This document shows positions 10,901 to 21,237 of a stretch of 64,000 nucleotides of DNA, one piece after another; within the stretch, counting starts at the first letter, position 1; every line of letters begins with the position of its first letter. The stretch is from Trypanosoma brucei (lineage: Eukaryota). The stretch is from the NCBI GenBank assembly GCA_000002445.1, contig CM000208.1:1056001-1120000 (forward strand), given 5' to 3'. Made by a program: the position numbers and the translations under genes. Below the pieces are notes generated by a model that made no database searches, was not told the DNA's origin, and saw only the letters and a list, made by a program, of their open reading frames with translations.

Positions 10901-12219
10901 CCTACTGCCGTCCACACAAAGTAATGTGGTGAAAGGATCCCTAAAAGCAAACAAGTGTTTTGTAAAGTCACCCATGGAAAAGTGATACAACAACAAGTGA
11001 AGGTAACAAACCTTCACAGCCCCAACACAACATGGAACTCAGGAACAGTAGAGCAAAAAAAAGAAAAAGAAAAAAGAAAAAAGAAAGAAAATGCCTTAAA
11101 GCGTCGGAACAAACAAACTAAAGTGTGGTATCACCTCACCGTTCAAGTTGTTGCTGTGGCCGTACGCTCCCAACATGTCTTTCCTTTCCCCTTCTCTCTA
11201 ATGTGATCCATCTATCCCCATTCTCCGTTCCACACACACACAAGAAAAAAAAGAAAAAAACGCCACCAAAAAAAAGCCTCCCACCCCTTCCCCCCCCCCC
11301 GCCTCCGGGAACTTCATCGCTAAATAATAAAATACCGCTGCGGACTCTACTGACAAAGTGGGGAACCGGCTGCTTAAGAACTGCACCATTTCTTGACCAT
11401 TTTTTTTTTCCTTTGAACTCTGTTGTTTTGTTTCCATCTCCTGGGATTGTCGAAAAAACGGGAGCGAATACATGGCATATGAAATATTGAAGCGAATATA
11501 TTTATATATTTTATATATGGCAAGAGCATTGAGGTAATGTAAGAAGGTGATTAATTAGAAGGAAAAAGAAAACAAAGAAACAAACACACGTGTACGAAGC
11601 ACCACAGTCGCGCCTTCCTATAGCCCCAGATCCCAGTCCCCACCCAATTCACACAGTTCCTTCTTATCGTACTCTACATTAAATGAAATAAATAAACAAA
11701 TAAAACGAACCGCATACATCCCTTTGTCCTTTTTGAGGCCGTTTATTTAAATCCATACCCCCGAGTACCTCCAAAACAGGGTGTCCTCATATCCCCCTCA
11801 CAGCAAGCGAACATATATAAAGATAGATGAAGGTAAATACATTATTGATATAGCGCTTACGTAACTCGGGACGGCACTTTTGTCCAAATGCACCTCCCTC
11901 TCGTATGGTGTCGGAGATGGAAAGTGTTTGAGAAGGAGAGAAGAAAAAAAAAAGAAAAAAAAGATCCCGCATTACATTTAAGGATTTTAATGTGCTACTA
12001 CCACCGCGTTCACCAGGGAGAGGAAGGGAAAACGGTGTAAAATCGTACAACAAGGGGAGGAATACACAAAAACGGTACAAATCAAACAAATGGGAGACGG
12101 AAGGGAGTGGGAAGTCTAAGGGGATAAATTATATATATATATATATACCCTCGCAACCACGCCATAACTAATACGGAAAGAAAAAAGGAGGAAGAGCGCA
12201 ACGCATGCTGCTATTATTA

Positions 12220-13893
12220 TTACTCCTCGCCCTGCGGGGGCACGGTGCTGGGCAAAAACTGTATGTTGGTTTCCTTCTTTATTTGATCCATAACGTCCAA
12301 CGCGAACTGCAAATCAGCGCGGGTGTGAGCAGCAGAAACACAGAAACGAATGCGGCACCCCAGTAGTGGAGTAGCGGGGTATCCAACAATCACAATAGCA
12401 AGACCACGGCGCATGCATTTCCTCCACACGGCAATTGCTCTCCCAAGATGGTAAAGCATTACGGGAACGACGGGGGAGGCGTCATTACCAAGGACAGAGA
12501 AACCACGATCGATCAAGCCCTGGCGGAAAAATCGTGAATTTTCCATCAGTTGCTGTATGTGCTTGGGTCCAATGTCGGTGCCATCATTACCGTTTAGGAC
12601 GTCAAGCACAGAGAGAGCCTGCTGAGCACAGGGAGGAGAAAGCGTATCGCAGTGAAGCGCTAGAGAGCTGTGAGTTCGGATGTGGTCAATTACGCTCTGG
12701 TCCCCAGCAAGATAACCGCCAATAGCCCCGAAGCTCTTGGTGAAAGTCCCCATGAGAATATCCACGTCACGCGGGTCCACACCGAAGTGCTCCGTTACGC
12801 CACGCCCCGTACGACCAGTTGCACCAATAGAGTGAGCCTCATCGACAAAGAGCAGGGCACCGTACTTTTTCTTAAGTTCAACAACACGAGGAAGATTAAC
12901 AAACTCTCCCTCCATACTATAGACACCCTCAACGACGATGACAATGCGGGTCCATGGCACGTATGCGCCCTTTGGATTCTGCCCGAGCACAACCGCCTCA
13001 CGGAGCACCTTCTCCAGGCTGTTCATGTCAGCATTCTTGAATACCTTGGCGCGGGCACCAGATAACCGTATGCCGTTAACGAGCGAAGAGTGGTTCAAGC
13101 TATCGCTGACCACAAGTGTATCCTCACCAAACAATGCAGGAAGACCACGAAAGTTTGTGCCGAAGCCCATCCCACACACAACAGCGTCCTCCTTCTTTAA
13201 AAAGTCTGCTATGGCACGCTCAAGTTTAGAAACTGGACCATGCTGACCAGCGTGTTGGGCGGCGCTGCATGAAGCAAGACCATAGCGATCTAAGCTGTTA
13301 AGCACCTCACGAGTAATATGGGGTATATCATCCGCAAACCCAAGGTAGTTGTATGACGAAAGGTTAACGCATGGTTTGATATTTCCAGTGAAGGAAAAAG
13401 TTCTATTGGAGTCCGTCGAAACCCGCTCCATCACACCAATCACACGAGACGGACGTGAGTCAATCGCATGGTTGAAGCAGTCACGCGCACGGCGGTAGAA
13501 ATGATTCTGCCAGAAATATTCGAGGAAAGTAAGCAGAGATGCATATCCCTCACGCTGCTTCCTTTTTGCGCCAAATAACTTCCGGCGAAGCTCGGCAATG
13601 CATCCAAAAGTGAATAAAAGTAAAAACGTGAAGTATGTCATTACCACAGAAATAAATGGAATGCTTTTGTGCTCCTCCTCCTGGTGCGTCACCCGCTTCG
13701 GCTGAGTATGCGTCCCCACACTTTCCTTTTGACATATCGTGTCCGTTGCACCATTTGCTGCAAAACTCGCCCGAACCGAACCTTGTTTATTGTACGCCTC
13801 GTCACAAGACTCGGCTTCAGTTACTGCCTTGTTCGCAACAACGGCACCCCGAGGTGCGTCTAAGAAATTCTCCGCCTCCACGTAAGTAGGCAT
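12220..13893 (-). CDS. SPT2: serine palmitoyltransferase subunit 2 (LCB2), PLP-dependent alpha-oxoamine synthase
   Basis: 557 aa with an N-terminal TM helix. PLP-lysine motif GTFTKSFGAIGGY. Conserved SMEGE, LFVDEAHSIG, GYPATPLLGCRIRFCVSAAHT. Confidence 0.8.
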   Translation of the reverse strand: MPTYVEAENFLDAPRGAVVANKAVTEAESCDEAYNKQGSVRASFAANGATDTICQKESVGTHTQPKRVTHQEEEHKSIPFISVVMTYFTFLLLFTFGCIAELRRKLFGAKRKQREGYASLLTFLEYFWQNHFYRRARDCFNHAIDSRPSRVIGVMERVSTDSNRTFSFTGNIKPCVNLSSYNYLGFADDIPHITREVLNSLDRYGLASCSAAQHAGQHGPVSKLERAIADFLKKEDAVVCGMGFGTNFRGLPALFGEDTLVVSDSLNHSSLVNGIRLSGARAKVFKNADMNSLEKVLREAVVLGQNPKGAYVPWTRIVIVVEGVYSMEGEFVNLPRVVELKKKYGALLFVDEAHSIGATGRTGRGVTEHFGVDPRDVDILMGTFTKSFGAIGGYLAGDQSVIDHIRTHSSLALHCDTLSPPCAQQALSVLDVLNGNDGTDIGPKHIQQLMENSRFFRQGLIDRGFSVLGNDASPVVPVMLYHLGRAIAVWRKCMRRGLAIVIVGYPATPLLGCRIRFCVSAAHTRADLQFALDVMDQIKKETNIQFLPSTVPPQGEE

Positions 13894-14511
13894 TACTGAT
13901 CCTTACCCCTAACAAAGAGCGATAGCTAAAACTGAATTATACTCGTCAGTTCCTATCGATAGGTGTCTCGTAATATGGCGGACAATAGCGTCTCTCTTGT
14001 AGCTCCTCTTTATATTATCTCTGTGGTTCTTCCTGCTTCTTAGACAATGTTTTTTTGACCGCGTGGAAAATTTTTTAGTAGAAAAAAGGAGTTGGAAAAC
14101 AAATAGACAACAGCTGCTACGAAGAAAGAAAACTGCGGTGGGCACGGGGGGTGCAAAAAAAATGTGGGAGCATCATCAAGCCTAGACGCAAACTGTGAAA
14201 GGAGAAATCAGAGGCGCCAACCACATGTACGGTTGCGCGCGTACGCACCTGGTAACTGCAACCATCACCCGGGACCCGAAATCCACGGCATGATTAGACC
14301 CGTGCGCGCCCCAGCAGGTATCCTGAACTATACGAAGGCGGTTGGTAAAAGCTGGAAGAAATAAAGGGAGTACCACCTCGAAGTCACCCCTTCCGCTTTT
14401 CAGAACTGTAAAGGCTCCTTCCGCCCTTGACTGTAATAAACAATGTATCTCCTACTTCCAAGACTAAATTACGTGTGCGTCCTCTTCCTTATAACAGTCG
14501 ACATGTGCTCA

Positions 14512-15618
14512 CTAGGCCGCCTTCGGTCGTTTTGAAGCCTTTGACGGGTGGGCCGCAGATGTCTCGGTGAAAGTTATCCCTGGTTGCCAGCGCGAGTGTA
14601 GGCGATCGTAGGACCATCGAAGGAACATGTCATCTATGCAACCGCAGTATCCCTTCGGCAACCCTGACCAACAATGGCACAATGCGGCCTTCTCTGTATC
14701 TCCCTCTTTCATGTCTACAATCTTTGCTTCGTCGTTCCCGGGTAAACCAACCTGGTGGCCAATGCTCAGTTTAGGACGGGGGTTTAGCGCGAGGTTTACT
14801 GGAGACAAATCAGGGCACATCGTGACGCCCTGCAGCACAGGAGCGGTATTGCCAAGGCAACGTGGAGCTCCCTTTTCTACCAGCCACTGGATCACTTCCC
14901 TGTCAGCAAGTGCCAAAGCAGCATGCAGGGGCGTGCGACCCCAGCGGTCGTACACAATGAGGCTTCCACCTGCGCTATGTAGTAAATTCATCATAGCAAT
15001 ATTACCTGTTATGATGGCAACAAACATGGGGCTGTAGCCATGCCGCATCTGATCCAGAGTAGCAAAGGGTTCGCTGAGGAAGCTCATTTCATTTGGGTTC
15101 GCCCCCCACTCAAGACACCGTTCGGCGAGGGCAATATTCCCTGTCAAGACCCCCAAGAGCAGAAATGTAGCACCACGATAAAGTGAATCACCTCGTTTAT
15201 CGCATAACCCAGGCAGCTGATCCTCCAAGAACTTGCCGATAGACTTCACCGGTAGGTTAATGTCGTTACCGCGTGCACCCGAGGGATTATTCGAATTGGT
15301 ATTAGTACTAGTAGGGCCGTCGGTTTTGTTGTAGATGTTGGATAGTTTGGCGAGGTCCTCTGCGATTGCTCCCTCATGTGCCCCGCCCAGTACAACCTTC
15401 CCTTTACGAATGACTTGAAAAGACTCCCATGATATGGCAGGGGCAGTTCTGAATGAACGCAGAACGCAAGGACCCGAATACTCGCATGCGGCGCCAGTGG
15501 AAACAATGTTACTGTCCATGGAGCTGTGTACCCCTTCTGTTCTGTACCACTTACACCCCTGGTAGTCGTTTGATCCACGTAACTCTTCACTGGGAAATGG
15601 TTCACCAACTTGTTGCAT
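14512..15618 (-). CDS. ankyrin-repeat protein
   Basis: Ankyrin repeats are visible (GRTPLHAALALADREVIQWLVEKGA; MFVAIITGNIAMMNLLHSAGG). The track ORF starts at a GTG at 15660, and the first ATG (MQQVGEP) is at 15618. Confidence 0.6.
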   Translation of the reverse strand: MQQVGEPFPSEELRGSNDYQGCKWYRTEGVHSSMDSNIVSTGAACEYSGPCVLRSFRTAPAISWESFQVIRKGKVVLGGAHEGAIAEDLAKLSNIYNKTDGPTSTNTNSNNPSGARGNDINLPVKSIGKFLEDQLPGLCDKRGDSLYRGATFLLLGVLTGNIALAERCLEWGANPNEMSFLSEPFATLDQMRHGYSPMFVAIITGNIAMMNLLHSAGGSLIVYDRWGRTPLHAALALADREVIQWLVEKGAPRCLGNTAPVLQGVTMCPDLSPVNLALNPRPKLSIGHQVGLPGNDEAKIVDMKEGDTEKAALCHCWSGLPKGYCGCIDDMFLRWSYDRLHSRWQPGITFTETSAAHPSKASKRPKAA

Positions 15619-16100
15619 CAAACAATTTATGTAGTCCCCTGCAACGCGAAGTAAGCGCACACTATATTTAAAGTGGACTTATCCGCTTTGCTTGCAGGTT
15701 CACGTTCCGATTTTATTCCTTCTTGATCGAAAGAACTTTTAACAGTGGTGCAACAGCTAACTTCTAAACAGTTTGTTATTACCCTTAAACCAACTGAATA
15801 GCTTGCCAATAAAACGGAAGAGGTAGAAGTGAATCAAGTGTACTGATGACCAACGAAACGCAATTCACCCCGCCGTGCATCACCCTGACAAGGATTTGAA
15901 AAGGGGGGGAAAGAAGTGAAAAAAAAACTAATTGGCGGTATTCACAAATTCATACAAATAAAACGAAAATTAAAATATCAACACACAAAAAAGTGATGTT
16001 CGCAACTCGGTACGGAAGGCGGCGCAGTGGCTCTTAAAACCAGAACAAACAAGACCGCTTGGGAGTTTACCACCTACATGACCTCCACCACTCATCTTTG

Positions 16101-17093
16101 TTACCCGCCAGCAACCGACGGCATGCGCCTAATTATTTCGTTCTTCAACTCCCCGTACCGTATGTATTCGTAAGAGTGCGCCTGCCGATCATTCCTCGTT
16201 GGTGCAAATCCGTTACGCTGTTCAAAATCGCTCTCAAAACGGTGGAGAATCCGCTTCAAGTACCGCTTTTCAGCGGCGAGCTCCTCATTTGACATCTGTG
16301 ACACGCGGATACCACTGCCGATCGTCGGTTGCGTGGAGCCCGGCCCCTCGTTTGCGGACAGTCCTGACGATGTGGATGACCTGACCACCTGACGCTGCAA
16401 ACCACTGGGCTGAGTTGTAGACCCGACAACTCTACGAGCCGGGTTATCCACCTGACTGCCGGAGGGGGAGGGAGTCCGTACTCTCACTCCTGATGTCACC
16501 GTCCCCGCACTGTTCGCACGTTCACTACTGGATCGTGCACCCTGAGGCTGTTGTGTCTGCGATTGAGAGTTTGTGAGATTGTTATTGTCTTCGCCACCGC
16601 CATTGGTGGGTGACTCCTCTCCCCGTAAGCGGTTCTTTGCCAGTTTATATAGTTCATACACCTGTCGCAGCATGGCCTTATCACGAGTGGTCACTGCAAC
16701 CCCACGCTCTTCACAAAACACCCGCTCCCACTCGTGAATACGCTGTTTCATCTCTTTTTTAAAGGAAAGGCACTGTCCGTGCGTTAGAGATGTTACTACA
16801 CCGGCCGCTGCCGAGGGGGAAGTTCGCCCATCCCTCCCCCGCGAGTGGTCTAGGAATGTTATCTCACCACGGTAACTTGATAGAAGTTGCAGCGCCAGCA
16901 CATCTGCGGAGGGTGATTGGGGTCCATAGGTTTGCTCTATGCGGCTGCGCTGCTCACGCTGCAGCGAACGTACCGACTCAATAGTTGCTCTATTGTGCGC
17001 CCGGAAATCTTCGTCAATCACATGAGTTTGTGTGAAACTGAGTGCGTCGACAGTTTGCGCAGCCGCTTGCATCAACTGATCTCTCACGTCCAT
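16101..17093 (-). CDS. hypothetical protein, S/T/Q-rich low-complexity C-terminus
   Basis: 330-aa ORF with an ATG start, in polycistron orientation. No recognisable domain. Confidence 0.5.
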   Translation of the reverse strand: MDVRDQLMQAAAQTVDALSFTQTHVIDEDFRAHNRATIESVRSLQREQRSRIEQTYGPQSPSADVLALQLLSSYRGEITFLDHSRGRDGRTSPSAAAGVVTSLTHGQCLSFKKEMKQRIHEWERVFCEERGVAVTTRDKAMLRQVYELYKLAKNRLRGEESPTNGGGEDNNNLTNSQSQTQQPQGARSSSERANSAGTVTSGVRVRTPSPSGSQVDNPARRVVGSTTQPSGLQRQVVRSSTSSGLSANEGPGSTQPTIGSGIRVSQMSNEELAAEKRYLKRILHRFESDFEQRNGFAPTRNDRQAHSYEYIRYGELKNEIIRRMPSVAGG

Positions 17094-17685
17094 TAAGGGA
17101 GATCCGTCACCGCCACTATACCTTCTCTACTCTAGCTACTGGTATATACTTGTAACAGGGTTTTGCGTTCTCCCTTTTGCGGCCTGTTCCTTCAATTCTT
17201 AGGCGACAAAGGTTCCTCTGCGCACACACACACCACGAAGATATCCTCACTCTATAGGGTTGCGCTCCCCCTCTGCCTTGATTGTTTGCTTTCTCCACCT
17301 TAAATCCCCGGTTACTAGTGTACTATGGTGCTGCGAAACACTGCAGCGTTTATGCACCTCCACTGCTAATTCCGAAGAGTAGAAAGGGTCGAAACATTAT
17401 AGTGATGATAATAATTTATAGAATAGCTACAGCAAACCCCAAATCACACGCGGATGACAGTTATTTGCTATGCGAGCACGTTTGCGCAAAGCGTGCTTTA
17501 ACTCCTTTGATGACAACAAGGGAAATCACCGCCCGGACGGCGGTACCCTTGTCATGTGAAACAACAACGAAACAGGTCCGAAGAGCCTTCAACTGCGCTA
17601 AAAAAAAACAAGTGATGACGGTAACGAAAATAATTCCTTTTGTAAAGAAAAAACAAAGGGGGAAGGACGCGAACGGTGCTACCTG

Positions 17686-20600
17686 TCACATGCGTGCGGA
17701 CTGAATAACCGCCTCTGAGAGGTTGGCGAACGACACTCTAGAATGCGCCATGCACTTAAGTAGTGGCGACGGCTGCAAGTGCGCCCCGTGCCACACCGCC
17801 AACTCTTCCATTTTTTGCAACATCAAACCAGCACCCATGGCGTCAGCCAGTGTTAGCGCTCCGCCAGTGGTTTCACTGAACCCCAATGTCGCTATAGTCA
17901 GCGCGTTTGCATCTGCCGCAGTAAGCAGATGCCCTGACAGCAGTAACTCGCAGCATTCATTCACAACAACAGAGAGCAAACGGTCAGACAGCTCTGTATC
18001 TGTAAGATGACGACGTAAGTATTGCTTTTGAACCACCGTATTTAGTGCAACTGAAGAACCATCCGCTCCATATGTGTAGAAACCACCACGTCTTGTTCGA
18101 ATACCACCGAATCCGTCATTGCTCATACTACGAAGCACCTGGTATCCGATAGAAGGGAGCCAATCGTGTATCAGCGGATTGCGGTGGTCGTTCATGTGAC
18201 TCGTTTCCTCAATCAAACGCGAAACGGTAGAGGTACCCAAATGATCAGCGAGTCGGAATGGTCCACCCAGAAGCCGGAGCACACCTGTAGAGACACGTTC
18301 AACTTTCTCGATGTCGCAATGCATCGCAATCCGACACGCCTCTGTCACGAAAGCCGCGATGAGGCGGCCGCTACAGGAATGCCGGCAAACAACATATGGC
18401 CGATATTCTTGCTGCAAGTAAGCCAGTGCTGCGGAAAGTGTACTTGCCCGCAGGTGTTCAGGGCACCCTTCCCGACCAAAGAGACGAACCTCCTGTAGAT
18501 CTCGAAGGGGAGATACCGCATACGCTGAAACGGGTGATATAGTTGCAACGCAGTTAAATTCAGGTATGAGCGGGCGCGCAACATATTCATCGCCAATTAA
18601 TACCACGTTTGCCTTTGTTAGAACACCGGATTGGTCCTTCACCAAGCTCTTTATCGCTTCAATGTTCGATTTCCCGCAATCAAGCAAGACAGTTACTTGG
18701 TTGCAGCTCTCGGCAGACAACGCCCTTACTTTCCTCGGCCACAGCTCCGCTTCATCGGCCTTAAACCTCAAATACCCTCCATCCGGTGGGGACGAAAGCA
18801 CCCTACGTTGAATCTCACACCCATGCCCATAAATGCGAGCTGCGTTAAGTGCAGAGGGGGAAAAAAGAAATTCACTATAAATACCCTCGCTACGCAGTGT
18901 CCCTGTTTCCACTGCTGCGGACGCGTTCCCACTCTCTCCAACGTTGTGAGTACATCCCCCGCTCGCCATTGCAGCCAGACAATACCGACGCCAAGCCTGT
19001 GTAATGGGATTTGAGTACACCTCGACGCTGCTTCCCCCTGTGGAACGAGTAAGGAAAAATCTGCGTAGAACAAAATCCCGCAGCGCAGGTCGGTTTAAAA
19101 GGGCGAGCAAGGCGTTTTCCAGACGTAACAGCAAAGAGGTAGGTGGTGACGCTTTGCTGTGGTCGACGTAACTGAGGCGAAGGGCCGTGAGCCCCTCACG
19201 AGTATCGCGTGCGTGGCGGGCAACACCAGCATCCAGCAATGTCGCAGCAGTGAATCTGTACTGTTGCTGTGATGCAGCAAGAGTGCGCTGCGCACCGAAG
19301 TAGCGGCACAGCTGCCGCACAGCATGCGAAGTAGGGAAATCACCCAGCATGCACGACGGAAATCCAAAAGTAGTGTGGGTTGCGTCAAGGAACACGCGGT
19401 AATGACAAGCAAGGAACAACTCCGCCGCAAAATCATCAAGAGAACCTCCGTTTACGATCGCCACGAAATTAAGAGGAGGCGTCTTGGCCATGCGCAGAAA
19501 TAGCCGTTCCTTCTCCCGTATTAACTCAATACGCTCGGAGCACGAAAGCTCCAATGGACTATGCTTTGGCTGAAAGAATGCAATACCAGGCAGTGAGGTG
19601 AGCACTACATGGGTGACCGGCCCACTCATCGTAACGGAGTGATTTTCAATGGCCGTTATAGCCTCATTAAGCGCACCTACAGCCGAGATGGTACTTACCA
19701 GTGGCTCCCAAAGGGTGATGGTAACAATATGCTGCGATGACTCATCAAAGGACAACTTCAACAGCGCTGAACCACTTTGTGCAGTAAACGCTCCACAAGT
19801 CCACGGAGCCAACGGAGGGTGCTCAGTGATACAACTCGAGACAGTTGAAGACAAGTTGCTCCTTCCATCCGATTCTTTGGGTTGCTGCTCTTCCATTCCA
19901 TACAGTGAGGTTTCCAAGCTGGCGGCTGTCACAGTGTTGTTGATGCTCAATTCTGATAACTCCTTTTCTCCGACAACGTCATGGGTCACCCCCGTGTGCT
20001 TTTGCATAAATGCCCCTCCACTAAAGTCGTCAGGCACCATATGGTTGTCAATCAATGTCGCCTCCTTTTCGGACAACTCTTTAAGACCGCCTTTATCCGC
20101 AAGTTCCACAATTGGCTCAGATTTTTCGCAGTGTTCAAAGTTTAAACTGAGGCCTTCGATTTCTCGACCCACAATGACCGGAGAACGCACAAGGGGTCTC
20201 GTTGCTCGCGCCCGCTCAATCTCCTCATCCAGAGAGAGGGCAGAACTTTTCGCCCAAACAGTGTCTTGGGGGTCACCACTAGCGGTCGGTGGTGCGATAG
20301 TGGTTCGTGTGCCATTCCGAGAACCACTCACCGGCTTCGATGAAGCTACGAAGTCGCTTGGCATCGAAGGAGCCGCAGGTGGTGCCAACGGTGCTTTTGG
20401 TGGGTCCGGAGCTCTAGGTGCCGCCTTCGGAGCGAAAGGCACCTGCCGTTTCGACGGTGATGGATTATGTGACGCGAAAACTATTTTGATGTCTTGTATA
20501 TCCTCCACAACGTTTGAAAGGGACATGTCCCTATTTCCTTTATATGTATCTCCCCGGCTACGTATTTTTTCTTTCTTCGAGTAACCCACCTCTCTCCTTG

Positions 20601-21237
20601 AATTCCGGCCCTCCTTAGCACCCCCACTTCTCTGCAAACGGCCCCTTTCCTCATCCAACCCAGATGCACGATCATCTCCCGTAAAACGACCACGTGATCT
20701 CCTTGTAGAGGTCATAAAATTCACAGGAGCTGCTTTCTGTAGTTCCGGTGCTGCGGGAGCTGCTTTCTGTAGTTCCGGTGCTGCGGGAGCTGCTTTCTGT
20801 AGTTCCGGTGCTGCGGGAGCTGCTTTCTGTAGTTCCGGTGCTGCGGGAGCTGCTTTCTGTAGTTCCGGTGCTGCGGGAGCTGCTTTCTGTAGTTCCGGTG
20901 CTGCGGGAGCTGCTTTCTGTAGTTCCGGTGCTGCGGGAGCTGCTTTCTGTAGTTCCGGTGCTGCGGGAGCTGCTTTCTGTAGTTCCGGTGCTGCGGGAGC
21001 TGCTTTCTGTAGTTCCGGTGCTGCAGGAGCTGCTTTCTGTAGTTCCGGTGCTGCGGGAGCTGCTTTCTGTAGTTCCGGTGCTGCGGGAGCTGCTTTCTGT
21101 AGTTCCGGTGCTGCAGGAGCTGCTTTCTTGAGTGGTTCAGTTTGGTATCTTCTCACAGCATTCCCTGTTACCGCAAATAGGCAGCCGGTTGGGGGACCGC
21201 TGAGCGCCGAAGCGACTGTAGGTGCAAATCGCCGCAT
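17686..21237 (-). CDS. repeat protein: predicted mitochondrial presequence + 13 x PELQKAAPAA decapeptide repeats + degenerate enoyl-CoA hydratase and 3-hydroxyacyl-CoA dehydrogenase-like domains
   Basis: The track ORF starts at a TTG at 21285, and the first ATG gives MRRFAPTVASALSG (Arg/hydroxyl-rich). The repeat array is at 20724-21128. The middle has a crotonase-like segment AIVNGGSLDDFAAELFLACH...TFGFPSCMLGDFP. The C-terminal region resembles the HCDH NAD-binding and C-terminal domains, with a degenerate glycine loop. Confidence 0.6.
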   Translation of the reverse strand: MRRFAPTVASALSGPPTGCLFAVTGNAVRRYQTEPLKKAAPAAPELQKAAPAAPELQKAAPAAPELQKAAPAAPELQKAAPAAPELQKAAPAAPELQKAAPAAPELQKAAPAAPELQKAAPAAPELQKAAPAAPELQKAAPAAPELQKAAPAAPELQKAAPAAPELQKAAPVNFMTSTRRSRGRFTGDDRASGLDEERGRLQRSGGAKEGRNSRREVGYSKKEKIRSRGDTYKGNRDMSLSNVVEDIQDIKIVFASHNPSPSKRQVPFAPKAAPRAPDPPKAPLAPPAAPSMPSDFVASSKPVSGSRNGTRTTIAPPTASGDPQDTVWAKSSALSLDEEIERARATRPLVRSPVIVGREIEGLSLNFEHCEKSEPIVELADKGGLKELSEKEATLIDNHMVPDDFSGGAFMQKHTGVTHDVVGEKELSELSINNTVTAASLETSLYGMEEQQPKESDGRSNLSSTVSSCITEHPPLAPWTCGAFTAQSGSALLKLSFDESSQHIVTITLWEPLVSTISAVGALNEAITAIENHSVTMSGPVTHVVLTSLPGIAFFQPKHSPLELSCSERIELIREKERLFLRMAKTPPLNFVAIVNGGSLDDFAAELFLACHYRVFLDATHTTFGFPSCMLGDFPTSHAVRQLCRYFGAQRTLAASQQQYRFTAATLLDAGVARHARDTREGLTALRLSYVDHSKASPPTSLLLRLENALLALLNRPALRDFVLRRFFLTRSTGGSSVEVYSNPITQAWRRYCLAAMASGGCTHNVGESGNASAAVETGTLRSEGIYSEFLFSPSALNAARIYGHGCEIQRRVLSSPPDGGYLRFKADEAELWPRKVRALSAESCNQVTVLLDCGKSNIEAIKSLVKDQSGVLTKANVVLIGDEYVARPLIPEFNCVATISPVSAYAVSPLRDLQEVRLFGREGCPEHLRASTLSAALAYLQQEYRPYVVCRHSCSGRLIAAFVTEACRIAMHCDIEKVERVSTGVLRLLGGPFRLADHLGTSTVSRLIEETSHMNDHRNPLIHDWLPSIGYQVLRSMSNDGFGGIRTRRGGFYTYGADGSSVALNTVVQKQYLRRHLTDTELSDRLLSVVVNECCELLLSGHLLTAADANALTIATLGFSETTGGALTLADAMGAGLMLQKMEELAVWHGAHLQPSPLLKCMAHSRVSFANLSEAVIQSARM
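20724..21128. repeat. 13 copies of a 30-bp tandem repeat (tgctttctgtagttccggtgctgcgggagc), 11 identical plus 2 with a single synonymous G>A change; in-frame inside the CDS above
   Basis: Direct reading of lines 20701-21140. Repeat units start every 30 nt from 20731. Units at 21001 and 21091 carry ctgcaggagc. Confidence 0.95.

Noticed and set aside
8343-11490. Numerous 60-140-aa ORFs in the long spacer (e.g. 8728..9153, 9356..9703, 11125..11490)
   Set aside because: Translations are homopolymeric or low-complexity (F/L/S/K runs) and arise from CT/GA tracts. There is no coding signal.
19649-20584. 311-aa plus-strand ORF, and the 127-aa LRELLSVVPV repeat ORF at 20748..21131
   Set aside because: Both are antisense to the 1183-aa repeat protein. 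The second is just the open reverse frame of the 30-bp array.
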